Source: a virus (Duplodnaviria > Caudoviricetes). Taken from it: a stretch of DNA of 54,857 nt. Every line of letters begins with the position of its first letter. The stretch's first letter is position 1. Position numbers and translations under genes: made by a program. The stretch lies in the IMG/VR virus record IMGVR_UViG_3300020042_004711, positions 1-54,857 of that record; one strand, 5' to 3'. The notes under the pieces are model-generated. The model worked only from the letters and a program-made list of their open reading frames with translations. It had not been told where the DNA came from and made no database searches. Below are positions 9,714 to 18,485 of the stretch, piece after piece.

Positions 9714-12543
9714 CGATAGGGGAAATCCCTAGCTTGTCGGCGTCAAACAACAACGCCTCTACAGGCGGGGATTGCATGTCAGTGCCAGCATCAAGGCGTA
9801 CACGGGCAGACTGAACAAACGAGCCTTCCTTGTGCAGTTTATCAAGCAAGTCAGTAAACGTAATCTGACGCTCTACGCAGAACGCTTTAAGCGATGACCG
9901 CAATACGTGAATAAGCTTTGTATCGGGCTCAAAACGAACTAGGATAGCCCCGCGAGGCATAGAAATAGGCATAGCGGCAATCCCAGACCTAGACGTGCTG
10001 TGGCGGTTAATAACCAATGTGTTGGCGTTGTGCTTAAGCAGATACTCACCGACAACAGCGGCGTAGTCAGTCTGGCCAAGCCTTGACTCGTCCTGCATAT
10101 TACCAATCTGATCAACAGCCCAGTTCATCACCCGTTTAGGATCAACGTCCCAAAGCCCAAGGTTCCTTGCAATAGTCATTGACGTTAAATTAACGGCAGC
10201 GGTGGCTGACCAGAACCGCTCGGGAGTTTCGATCTGAGCCCTCTCGTCAAAAATAGCCTGTGTTTGCATACAGCTGTCAATAACTTCTTCTAGGTTCTGA
10301 ACTAAGTATTGGGCGTAGATACCCCCTGCCAAACCGTAGTGGCGCTGTAGTCCCCCAAATATGATCTTAGCTTCGGCTTTGGTCAAGTTATCTGTAGGGT
10401 CAATCCGGTACTGCATCAGGCGCATTAGCTCGCCTTCAGACGTAGACTTTAGAGCTTGCAGTTTGTCGGTCATGCTGGCGTTAGATGAGCAGACCATGAT
10501 GGTGGCCCAGAACCCTTGGGCTTCTCGCTCTTCGTTGGCAGATGCCTTCATGCGGCGGCGCGGCGCACCTTGCGTCACGCTATAAGCAAGATCAGAGAAG
10601 TCATCACCGGTCATCTTGGTAACCTCGTCAACAGCCAGCGGCAAGTTATTCATCACAACCATGCGGTGTAGCTTGACAGCCATGGAGTCTTTCCACTGGA
10701 GCATCATGTGGTTAGGGTGACCCCATACGCTGTTCATAACTTCAAGGATGGTTGACTTACCTGTACCGGATCGGTTGTTAAGCAGGTTGATTACGCTACC
10801 ACGAACGCCCATAAACTTAAGCAGGGGTGCGCCAAAGGCGGAGGCTACCGCGAAGGCATGAGGCTCAAACCCGGGCATGTTGTACACGTTGATAATCTTC
10901 TTCCACTCTTCAAGATCACCCACAGCCCGCATGTGCGGAGCCAAATCTTTAGTAGCTTTAGACGGGGGGCTGTAGCGTACGTAACTTGGGCCGATCTCCC
11001 GCGTACCCACAATAAACTTGTCGTTCTCTTCCGACCAACCAAATTGAACTCTCATGACTTCTGCCTCCTGTGATACTTGCATTTCTTTTGCGCAATCTAT
11101 AACGTAGTTAAGAATATTTGCCATTTGAGAGGGCTTAGCTAGCACTCCATGAAATGACACCGTTTTACGAAACTCATCCTTGCCTAACAGAGCTTCGGTA
11201 GATATCGTAAATTCCTTGGCCCCGTCGCGTGGTAGCGACAGGCGCAATAGAAGAGTTTCGCCCGCTGCGGGATCATACATACGCTTCATAACAAATAGAT
11301 CGTATTCGTAGACGCAGATGATCTTCTCTTCACCGCCGTCCTCAGAGTCCTCATCCATCTCACCTTTCTTTACAGTGCGATAGATACCACCGTTACGCCC
11401 GCGAAAATACAACGAGGGAATAGCAGGCACAACAAACTCAGCAGTGATGCCATCGGCTCCCACCACGGGTATAGGTTCATCAGGTTCAGCCCTAGCAATC
11501 TCGTGACCAATCGTAATAGGCGATTTAATTTTCTGCCAGTGTTGGCATGATGTACAAACCCCAGGGCGGTAATCGTTAAACGTTTCGCACGTATAGGGCC
11601 CCTTGATGTTTTGTGCTTTTCTTTCCGTAGCCACAGCGTTGTAGCTTGGGTGATGCTTTGAAATCATGTGGATGGCTTTGTCGCCATCAACGCAGTGCTT
11701 AGCAATAGACAGCCCCGCCCGCCATAGTGGTTCCTCAACGGCATCTTGGTTGTCTGCAATGTACTCAAGCTGAGCGCATCCCTCGCCCGCCAGTGTCTTG
11801 TCTACGATGATCTTGAACCGCGACTGCCGGTTGCCAAGCATTGCTTTTGTAAAATCATCCAGTTGCCTAGGTAGATGCGCTGGCCTAGCAGAGACAAGAG
11901 GTCCCATCAACGCGGCAAAGTCCTCAAACGCTATCGGTCTTGTATGCGGATTGACGCCTTCTAAAATAACCGCTGATGCAGGGTCATCTTTAAAATTAAG
12001 AGTATCGGGGATGCGCAACACACGAGCGGCATCTGCTGGCACTGCGGGGTCAACTATGATGTTGGCCTCAACGCATCGAGCTTTAAATGTCTGCGCTACA
12101 GGTAACCACTTGCTTACATCAACTGATTCTGTAAGCGGCCAATAGACATGGATACCACGACCGGAATTAACAATCGTTGGTTTTGGTAGTTTAAGGATTT
12201 TGCATAAATCCCTGACAGCCATCATGCCGGTAGTTTGATCAATGTAACCTTGAATACGCCCATACTTATCAGGCGCGGCTTTAGCTGGGCCACAATCAAT
12301 GTCTAAGAAAAAAGCTTGCATCCAACCAACGTTCTCAACCTTGCGATTGTCGCTGGTCTTAAATTTACCAAGCGCAAAGAATGTATTAAACTTATCTTCT
12401 ACGTTCTGCTCAGCCTGTGTTTGCACTTCTTCAAGTGTCTTATGAAAAGTCTGCTTAACTTTGTCGTTCTTATCAATTCCTACAACGCAGTACCAGCCAT
12501 CTTCGCTTGATACAACGCGCCGCAATAGTTCAATATCCGCCAT
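9697..12543 (-). CDS. Primase-helicase (AEP/RepB-like N-terminal primase plus DUF927-like P-loop helicase)
   Basis: FFLDID and VNSGRGIHVYW primase motifs, RVLRIPDTLNFK, Cys cluster, Walker A SGTGKST, Walker B LAVDE; start taken at MADIELL (12543). Confidence 0.85.
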   Translation of the reverse strand: MADIELLRRVVSSEDGWYCVVGIDKNDKVKQTFHKTLEEVQTQAEQNVEDKFNTFFALGKFKTSDNRKVENVGWMQAFFLDIDCGPAKAAPDKYGRIQGYIDQTTGMMAVRDLCKILKLPKPTIVNSGRGIHVYWPLTESVDVSKWLPVAQTFKARCVEANIIVDPAVPADAARVLRIPDTLNFKDDPASAVILEGVNPHTRPIAFEDFAALMGPLVSARPAHLPRQLDDFTKAMLGNRQSRFKIIVDKTLAGEGCAQLEYIADNQDAVEEPLWRAGLSIAKHCVDGDKAIHMISKHHPSYNAVATERKAQNIKGPYTCETFNDYRPGVCTSCQHWQKIKSPITIGHEIARAEPDEPIPVVGADGITAEFVVPAIPSLYFRGRNGGIYRTVKKGEMDEDSEDGGEEKIICVYEYDLFVMKRMYDPAAGETLLLRLSLPRDGAKEFTISTEALLGKDEFRKTVSFHGVLAKPSQMANILNYVIDCAKEMQVSQEAEVMRVQFGWSEENDKFIVGTREIGPSYVRYSPPSKATKDLAPHMRAVGDLEEWKKIINVYNMPGFEPHAFAVASAFGAPLLKFMGVRGSVINLLNNRSGTGKSTILEVMNSVWGHPNHMMLQWKDSMAVKLHRMVVMNNLPLAVDEVTKMTGDDFSDLAYSVTQGAPRRRMKASANEEREAQGFWATIMVCSSNASMTDKLQALKSTSEGELMRLMQYRIDPTDNLTKAEAKIIFGGLQRHYGLAGGIYAQYLVQNLEEVIDSCMQTQAIFDERAQIETPERFWSATAAVNLTSMTIARNLGLWDVDPKRVMNWAVDQIGNMQDESRLGQTDYAAVVGEYLLKHNANTLVINRHSTSRSGIAAMPISMPRGAILVRFEPDTKLIHVLRSSLKAFCVERQITFTDLLDKLHKEGSFVQSARVRLDAGTDMQSPPVEALLFDADKLGISPIVGNES

Positions 12544-12570
12544 TTTGAATCCATTCACCGTCAAAAAGAG

Positions 12571-12628
12571 AGGGGGCGACATGGGGTTGACGGAATCCCC
12601 GTTCGCTCCGTCGAGCTAGTCGCCCCCT
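12571..12628 (-). promoter_or_regulatory. Structured RNA element / attenuator-like stem upstream of the primase-helicase gene
   Basis: Perfect 10-bp outer stem AGGGGGCGAC/GTCGCCCCCT enclosing an inner GACGG/CCGTC stem; followed by CUCUUUUU on the - strand. Confidence 0.5.
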
Positions 12629-12633
12629 AAACC

Positions 12634-12861
12634 TTACTTAGCGCGTTTAAGGTATTCTGTGATTGCCTCGGAGAACAGCTTGTTTGGCTCGTGTCTCCCA
12701 ATGAACCAGTTGTAGACGCATTGTTTAGATACGCCAAAGAAGTCCATTACGTCAGCTACAGGAATCTCGCGGGAGATGCAGAATCTCCCTAACTTCACGC
12801 CAGTGTTCCGACCATCGGCATCCCGATTAGCGCGAACAGTCTGCTGTGAGTATCCAATCAC
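12634..12861 (-). CDS. Helix-turn-helix DNA-binding protein
   Basis: VADVMDFFGVSKQCVYNWFIG matches a Cro/Xre-type HTH pattern. Confidence 0.7.
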   Translation of the reverse strand: MIGYSQQTVRANRDADGRNTGVKLGRFCISREIPVADVMDFFGVSKQCVYNWFIGRHEPNKLFSEAITEYLKRAK

Positions 12862-13742
12862 TTTTCATCTCCCCATTCATCAACCATGCTTGCCATGCCT
12901 GATGACTTAGGCTTCGGTGTCTCTTTGGGTTTTTCTGCCCGTTTGACAGGAGGAGTATCTTCAGCAACAGGAGCGACCAGCTTTGCGGCGGCAGAGCCAG
13001 CAGGTGCAACCATACGTGGGATTGCGGCTTCAGATTTTTTAGCAGTAAAGTTTAATTTACCAGCGTTAACAGCAATTGATGACTCACCTTGCTCAACAGC
13101 ATTAGCATAACCGTCTCTGTCCAAGAACTCTGCATTGCTAAACAATAACTTAGGAAAATCACTGTCAGTATCAAACGTCATGCGGGTAGCCATCATGTTC
13201 AGGTTGTAGCCTGACTGAGCCACATACTTGGCGTATTGCAAGAAGGGCATGTGGTCAACATCGCCCTGACCAAACAAAGATTTCTGTGGCAGGATGAGTT
13301 GATAAATATCGCCGGATGTATTGTTGGCAAGAACAACAGCTAAGCGCATAGAGTAACGGCATGCGGCACGGCCCGCTCCGGCTGAGCCTTTGATTGCCTG
13401 TGCGCACTCTTTGCAACGTGCGCCTTGTGGATCGGGTACATCTGCGTCGGGACGCTCGCCATCGCTAGACCAGCAATTAGGAATGCTTGTCTCGTCAGGG
13501 TTGTACTCGCCAGCGTACCAAGTTTTTTGCACCGTCTTACTACCGTTAACAATTACGACATCCATAAAAGGGTCGGTGTTCTTAGAGATTTCTTTGCCGC
13601 CATCAACAAGACGGAAGACGCGCCCGCGCAATGTGATGCGCTTGATGCTACCGCCAGAGGAGGAGAAGGCTTTAGTAAAGTCATCCAGCTTAACGTTTTG
13701 TAAGTGCTGGGGCATTTCTTTGAGAGTTGTGAGGTTGCTCAT
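12858..13742 (-). CDS. Replication-module protein, putative ssDNA-binding/annealing protein
   Basis: Lies between helicase genes; Cys cluster; Ala/Pro/Lys linker and acidic-aromatic tail (VDEWGDEK) as in phage SSBs. Confidence 0.5.
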   Translation of the reverse strand: MSNLTTLKEMPQHLQNVKLDDFTKAFSSSGGSIKRITLRGRVFRLVDGGKEISKNTDPFMDVVIVNGSKTVQKTWYAGEYNPDETSIPNCWSSDGERPDADVPDPQGARCKECAQAIKGSAGAGRAACRYSMRLAVVLANNTSGDIYQLILPQKSLFGQGDVDHMPFLQYAKYVAQSGYNLNMMATRMTFDTDSDFPKLLFSNAEFLDRDGYANAVEQGESSIAVNAGKLNFTAKKSEAAIPRMVAPAGSAAAKLVAPVAEDTPPVKRAEKPKETPKPKSSGMASMVDEWGDEK

Positions 13743-13750
13743 ATTTTTCC

Positions 13751-14152
13751 TTAAATAGTGGATTTACGACGGACTACGATTGTGTAACGAGTTTCTACAT
13801 TCAGACCAGCGGGGTACTCGTCAGGATGTTCTTCGAGGAACTGCTTCATGTTGGTGTCGTGCACGCGTTTGTGCAATACACCGAAGGCTCCATGTCTTGC
13901 GATCATCTCGTATACGCTGTCCCAGTTGGTGGGGTTGTAGCGGCTAGAGACACGTCGCATAACGGTTGCATTTTTAGTTGAAACGCTTACTGCATTGGCG
14001 CTGTTCATAACGTCGAGCATCTTACTCTCGACCTCTGTCATTTGCTCTGCTAGTACAGCATCTTTGGCTTCATGCTCGTGTTGTAGATGTTCGCGTGCTG
14101 TGCGAATCTCTATGTACTTGGCGGACAGTTCGTCCATGGCTTTGTCGTCCAT
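13751..14152 (-). CDS. Hypothetical replication-module protein
   Basis: 133-aa ORF with N-terminal coiled coil; AAGGAG RBS; own promoter upstream. Confidence 0.7.
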   Translation of the reverse strand: MDDKAMDELSAKYIEIRTAREHLQHEHEAKDAVLAEQMTEVESKMLDVMNSANAVSVSTKNATVMRRVSSRYNPTNWDSVYEMIARHGAFGVLHKRVHDTNMKQFLEEHPDEYPAGLNVETRYTIVVRRKSTI

Positions 14153-14175
14153 ATTGCTCCTTGGTTGGTGTTTAT

Positions 14176-14203
14176 ATTATATAGGCTAACTAGACTTTGT
14201 CAA
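14176..14203 (-). promoter_or_regulatory. Sigma70-type promoter
   Basis: TTGACA-16nt-TATAAT on the - strand upstream of ORF 14152. Confidence 0.8.
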
Positions 14204-15585
14204 GACTCGTCAAGCTCTTTTTTGTACAAATCAATAACTTTTTCGTGGTTAGTGATGTTGTTTTGCAACATGAAGTAAAGCTTGCGTTCAACGGGGCTTC
14301 CTTCAATGTGTACCACGGTCATCGGGTTGCGTTGACCGGGTCTATCAATACGTGCGTTAGCTTGCAAGTATGTTTCAGTAGACGTAACTGGAGCGTACCA
14401 GATAATTGTGTCTGCCGCAGTTAGGGTAAGTCCGTGTGCCGCGGCTTGTGGCTGAATGATAAGAACTTTAAGGTCTGCGCCTTCTTGAAACCGTTTAAAA
14501 ATATTAGTGCGGTTACGCACTTGCACATCACCGTTAATTACTTCACACTTGATTCCAGCTTTTGTTAAGTAGTTATTTAAAAGAGTAATTGTGTGGCGGT
14601 ACGGCACAAACACAAGTACCTTGTGGCTTGATTCGTTAATGACTTCTTCAACAATGGCGAGGCGATTGCTGACATCAAAGTCAACCACTGCACCGCTGTC
14701 TGTGTACACAGAACCACAAGAAATCTGAAGCAGCTTGGTCATCTTAGCCGCGGCGTTGACCGAACTAATTTCTTCACCGGCAGCCTCCATCAACATCTGA
14801 TCCTTTAGCTCCTTGTAGTATTTACGTTGTTGTGGCGTAAGCGGGGCATCACGGTTAACAAATGTAACCTCTGGTAAGTCAAGGCACTGAGACTTCTCAA
14901 ATCTAATTGCTGGCTGAAGCATCTCAAACACAATCTTCTCCGCGTTCTGACGGGGTATCCAGCGAAACGGTCCGAGCGGTTGCATGACTGACTCACGGAA
15001 GTCGCCAAAGAATCGCGGTGCTCGCTGGGGTACGCACAGCTTGCCAAGCCCGTAAGCATCTACAGGTGACTGCGCGGCGGGTGTGCCAGTCAACATCCAT
15101 AACCAAGTATCAGGCGTGATCAACTTGCGCATAATCTTCCAACGTTTGGTCTGCACGTTCTTGTAAGCGTTTGCTTCGTCAATCACAACAAGATCAAACA
15201 TCCTATTGCCAATAGCTGACTCTGCAATAGCCGGTATGCCGTCGTAGTTGATGATTACAAACTCGGCCGTGCTGTTAGCAATCTTGTTGCGCTTCTCTGC
15301 ATTGCCGTATGCAACATCAACTGTGCGGTGTACTGCAAACTTAAATAAATCATTCTGCCAAGCGGACTGCATGATAGATAAGGGGCACACAACCAAGACG
15401 CGCTTGATCATGCCCGCCTTCATCAAGTAGTCTGCCGCCCAAATAACAGAGGCTGTCTTCCCTGTACCCTGTTCGTTAAAACAGAATGCGCGGGAGTTGT
15501 CGGTTAAAAAACTTGCTGTCTCTCGTTGATGATCAAATGGTGTAAAGCCCAAGGGCCTTGGCCATTTGTACAAATCGTTAATCAT
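14200..15585 (-). CDS. SNF2-family (SF2) helicase
   Basis: EQGTGKT, VIDEA, LTGTP, HGLTLTAA and QANARIDRPGQ motifs. Confidence 0.9.
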   Translation of the reverse strand: MINDLYKWPRPLGFTPFDHQRETASFLTDNSRAFCFNEQGTGKTASVIWAADYLMKAGMIKRVLVVCPLSIMQSAWQNDLFKFAVHRTVDVAYGNAEKRNKIANSTAEFVIINYDGIPAIAESAIGNRMFDLVVIDEANAYKNVQTKRWKIMRKLITPDTWLWMLTGTPAAQSPVDAYGLGKLCVPQRAPRFFGDFRESVMQPLGPFRWIPRQNAEKIVFEMLQPAIRFEKSQCLDLPEVTFVNRDAPLTPQQRKYYKELKDQMLMEAAGEEISSVNAAAKMTKLLQISCGSVYTDSGAVVDFDVSNRLAIVEEVINESSHKVLVFVPYRHTITLLNNYLTKAGIKCEVINGDVQVRNRTNIFKRFQEGADLKVLIIQPQAAAHGLTLTAADTIIWYAPVTSTETYLQANARIDRPGQRNPMTVVHIEGSPVERKLYFMLQNNITNHEKVIDLYKKELDES

Positions 15586-15857
15586 TTTTTAGGTTTGTTT
15601 ATTTTGACCGTATGGTCTGAGTTACGAGTAAAGGAACGATTGGCACTGGGTGACTTGAGCTTTAAGTTACTAGGTGCGTTGGTCCCTCCTTTGGATAGCG
15701 GTACAACATGGTCAATGTCTTTGCCCGTGCGGTCCACACCTTTAGCATCCATTGTCCGTCTAGCCTTCTGACGCTCCATGCGCTTGGGTAGTTCCCCGCG
15801 GTCTTGCTGTTGTTCGTATTCCTTCTTGTAAGGACGTGGTTTGTTTACGTATGGCAT
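15582..15857 (-). CDS. HNH endonuclease-family protein
   Basis: DIDHVVPLSKGGTNAPSNL...NRS motif. Confidence 0.8.
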   Translation of the reverse strand: MPYVNKPRPYKKEYEQQQDRGELPKRMERQKARRTMDAKGVDRTGKDIDHVVPLSKGGTNAPSNLKLKSPSANRSFTRNSDHTVKINKPKK

Positions 15858-16038
15858 GAGGTTCTCCTGTAGGTGGGTTCAAACAAGCATCATAGTATTT
15901 TTTAGGCATGGGTGCCTTCTTGTCAAGAAGGGTTCTTAACCACTCAGCACCACCAAGTTCTTGCAATATCATCCAGTGTCTGTCAGACATTCTTACTTGT
16001 CTTCCTACTAATGGTTCGAGCGGTTTAGGTCTTGGCAT
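15760..16038 (-). CDS. Small putative DNA-binding protein (ribbon-helix-helix-like N-terminus)
   Basis: RQVRMSDRHWMILQELGGAEWLRTLLD strand-helix-helix pattern; C-terminus overlaps the HNH gene. Confidence 0.5.
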   Translation of the reverse strand: MPRPKPLEPLVGRQVRMSDRHWMILQELGGAEWLRTLLDKKAPMPKKYYDACLNPPTGEPHAIRKQTTSLQEGIRTTARPRGTTQAHGASEG

Positions 16039-16189
16039 TTTTCATCTCCCGTATAAACACCACGAAGCTGTCGATGGTGTCTTTACCAAACACAGTCATC
16101 TTCTCAATCTCCTTGGCTACTTCTTCGAGCACGTCGTTGCGTTGTTTGTTCGGGTTTACGTAGTCTTGGGTGTCGTCATCATCGTTCAT
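16025..16189 (-). CDS. Hypothetical protein (54 aa, below the ORF-track cutoff)
   Basis: MNDDDDTQDYVNPNKQRNDVLEEVAKEIEK...; ATGA coupling with the upstream gene. Confidence 0.65.
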   Translation of the reverse strand: MNDDDDTQDYVNPNKQRNDVLEEVAKEIEKMTVFGKDTIDSFVVFIREMKNAKT

Positions 16190-16407
16190 GTGTTTCTCCG
16201 TTTAAGTTCTTCCTCATGTGCCGCCATAGTATCTGCAACGTATGGTCTATTAGCCATGCTGATTTCGTGGCGTTCCTCTTTGGTAAGTCCCACCCATGTG
16301 CGCTGTGTATACAAAGGCAACACCTGACCAAGCGGTGTAAACAAAGGTGAGTCTTTGTCTGTACTGACCGCGCCGTTAGTTGGGTCGTACCATGCTGTTA
16401 GTTTCAT
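16186..16407 (-). CDS. Hypothetical protein
   Basis: ATGA-coupled at both ends; PLYTQRTWVGLT segment. Confidence 0.7.
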   Translation of the reverse strand: MKLTAWYDPTNGAVSTDKDSPLFTPLGQVLPLYTQRTWVGLTKEERHEISMANRPYVADTMAAHEEELKRRNT

Positions 16408-16685
16408 GGCTTCTCCCTTACTCGGATGCGCTCCGCAAGAATTGCCGCATCAACACGCCTATGGTTAGAGAGACCGTCATCCCGCGCTCTTGCTTCACAA
16501 ATCATTGCACACGCCTCACGCTCGGCATCAGCTACTAGCTTGGCAAATTGCATCAAGCTTCCAAGGTCGCCCTCGACAACATAGTCAACCACAGTGAACT
16601 CTCTAATTTGATGTGTCCATTGACTGTGTATAAGCACGGCCAGCTTGCACTTCTCGGCAAGGGCTATCACTTCATCTTTGTTCAT
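16404..16685 (-). CDS. Hypothetical protein
   Basis: ATGA-coupled; AEREACA...IR motif seen in small phage proteins. Confidence 0.7.
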   Translation of the reverse strand: MNKDEVIALAEKCKLAVLIHSQWTHQIREFTVVDYVVEGDLGSLMQFAKLVADAEREACAMICEARARDDGLSNHRRVDAAILAERIRVREKP

Positions 16686-16777
16686 CGCGGTGCGTCCTCG
16701 TGGTTATCGGGGTTGAACTTTGGGACTCGGTTGCTCTTGTCCTTCGGGTTTGGGAATGGTGGGAACGGCCAAGTCAT
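16682..16777 (-). CDS. Micropeptide MTWPFPPFPNPK... (31 aa)
   Basis: Exactly fills the gap between neighbours with ATGA overlaps at both ends. Confidence 0.6.
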   Translation of the reverse strand: MTWPFPPFPNPKDKSNRVPKFNPDNHEDAPR

Positions 16778-17046
16778 TCCGCGTTTGCCTCACGCATAAC
16801 ATCAGCAACGCTATCCAAGCCCCACCCCACAGTAGTTAAAGCCTCGCAAAGTTTTTGCGTAGCTACGCCCATACTCGCGGTATGAAAATCCGTTGCCATA
16901 ACTTTAGCCAACGCTACAACGTCGGCGGCGGTGTACTTTAAATCCGACCCCTCTAATATCTTATGCGCTTCGCCAAAGTAACCCCATGTGGTGTCCTTTG
17001 ATTGTTGCATCAGGGTATCCCAACTGGCTTTAATTTCGTGTGTCAT
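16774..17046 (-). CDS. Hypothetical protein
   Basis: AGGAG RBS; operon continuity. Confidence 0.65.
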   Translation of the reverse strand: MTHEIKASWDTLMQQSKDTTWGYFGEAHKILEGSDLKYTAADVVALAKVMATDFHTASMGVATQKLCEALTTVGWGLDSVADVMREANAE

Positions 17047-17057
17047 TTAAATTTCTC

Positions 17058-17261
17058 CTATCCTATTTTTGCTAATACGTCATCAGTCAGAACGCGAACA
17101 CGAGCGAGTGCCGCGGCCATGTCAGCTTTGTGAGTGAACTCGCTTGTTACAGCGAGTTTGATTTCACTCAACGCTTCGTACATGTCAGGCCCCTTGACGG
17201 CGAACAGCAGTGCGTCCTCATCAGCAGGGAACTCAAACTCCAGTACGGCTTTTTGTTTCAT
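17058..17261 (-). CDS. Hypothetical protein
   Basis: KAVLEFEFP N-terminus; ATGA-coupled to the upstream gene. Confidence 0.65.
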   Translation of the reverse strand: MKQKAVLEFEFPADEDALLFAVKGPDMYEALSEIKLAVTSEFTHKADMAAALARVRVLTDDVLAKIG

Positions 17262-17818
17262 CGGCTAGGCGAGGCGTACTCGTTCTTCTCGATTGCACGG
17301 TTCAAGTACCATTGAGCTTTCTTCAAGTCCTCAAGCCCTTGGTTCGTGCCCTTCTTGCCCGCTCTGCTGATGTACTTCACGGCATTACCAAGGTGATAGC
17401 CCAAGCCCTTCGCCTCAATGTAGTCAATCGTCTCAATGCCACCATCGTTGTAATGTGGTGGGTGATTGACTGCATCAATCATGCCCTTTGTTACGGCATA
17501 CACGCGCTCTGCAAAAGACTCGTTTGATGTAGAGACCGAGAGCATGCGCATCTTAGGTCTCTTCATGTTGTCCGCAAGACGTGTTGCTTGCTCGTCGGTT
17601 AACTTAGGGATGTCTTTTGTAGCCATCTTCACACCCATAAACTTTTGTACTTTCTTTATAGCCGTCTTTCGGGTAGCCGTCTTTTTTATTTGCCACTTAA
17701 TAGTAGACACGTACGATGATTTAACATCAAGTGTCTTAGCAACTTCAGCCGACGATGCGGTTGGGTTAGCTATAACGTATGCTCGTATTTGAGCGGTTTT
17801 GGTTAGCTTCTTAGCCAT
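17258..17818 (-). CDS. DUF3310-like protein with an N-terminal HTH-like region
   Basis: DAVNHPPHY...IETIDYI...GNAVKYISRAGKK...EDLKKAQWYL signature; start MAKKLTK follows an AAGGA RBS. Confidence 0.75.
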   Translation of the reverse strand: MAKKLTKTAQIRAYVIANPTASSAEVAKTLDVKSSYVSTIKWQIKKTATRKTAIKKVQKFMGVKMATKDIPKLTDEQATRLADNMKRPKMRMLSVSTSNESFAERVYAVTKGMIDAVNHPPHYNDGGIETIDYIEAKGLGYHLGNAVKYISRAGKKGTNQGLEDLKKAQWYLNRAIEKNEYASPSR

Positions 17819-18485
17819 TGTTTTTTCCTTGGTTATGAACACATGATGTGACTGGACACCAGCCACGGCAAGTAAAGTTAGGCTTCGCATTCCACACATC
17901 GTTCTCGATGGAGGATTGCAACTGCCCAACCTCTGAAATCCACGGAGTCCAAGCTTCTTCTTGGTTGTCCGGCAGATAGTCAGCCTTTATAAAGTCATCA
18001 GCAAACAGGAACATCAAGCCCGCTTTGACTTTCTTAACTTGGGGGAAGTGTTTAAAGATCGCAAGCGATACCACTTCTAATTGTTTGAGGTCAGCGTACT
18101 GGCTCTTCTTGCCAGTCTTGTAATCAATCGTCAGGGCACGATCACCCTGCAAGATAATGATGTCGGCAATGCCGCGCCACCACACCTTCTTGTCAAAGAA
18201 GCCGCAGGGTTCAAGGTCAGCGGTCAAGCCCAACTTGTTCTCGCACAGCTTCTCGCCCTCCATGTTGCGTATTGCCAAGAGCGCTGGCTCAATCTCTTTA
18301 TATTGCTCTGGAATAGGTTTACCCGTACTAACGTATTCTTCAGCAATCTTATGAATGGTGTTACCAAAACTCATGGCTTCACTCATTGGCTCTTTGATGT
18401 CCTTGGCCACTCTGAGGTGGTAGTATTTCTTGGGGCACTGTTGGTACAGCGACAAACTACTGTACGACCATGTGATATTTGCCAT
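17811..18485 (-). CDS. PD-(D/E)XK exonuclease (RecB/Cas4-like)
   Basis: WSYSSL..YQQCP, GNTIHKIAE, GIAD, IDYKTGK, C-terminal CRGWCPVTSC. Confidence 0.85.
   Translation of the reverse strand: MANITWSYSSLSLYQQCPKKYYHLRVAKDIKEPMSEAMSFGNTIHKIAEEYVSTGKPIPEQYKEIEPALLAIRNMEGEKLCENKLGLTADLEPCGFFDKKVWWRGIADIIILQGDRALTIDYKTGKKSQYADLKQLEVVSLAIFKHFPQVKKVKAGLMFLFADDFIKADYLPDNQEEAWTPWISEVGQLQSSIENDVWNAKPNFTCRGWCPVTSCVHNQGKNNG

Noticed and set aside
17811-18485. Cas4-like nuclease as part of a CRISPR system
   Set aside because: It is the usual stand-alone phage exonuclease next to the DNA polymerase
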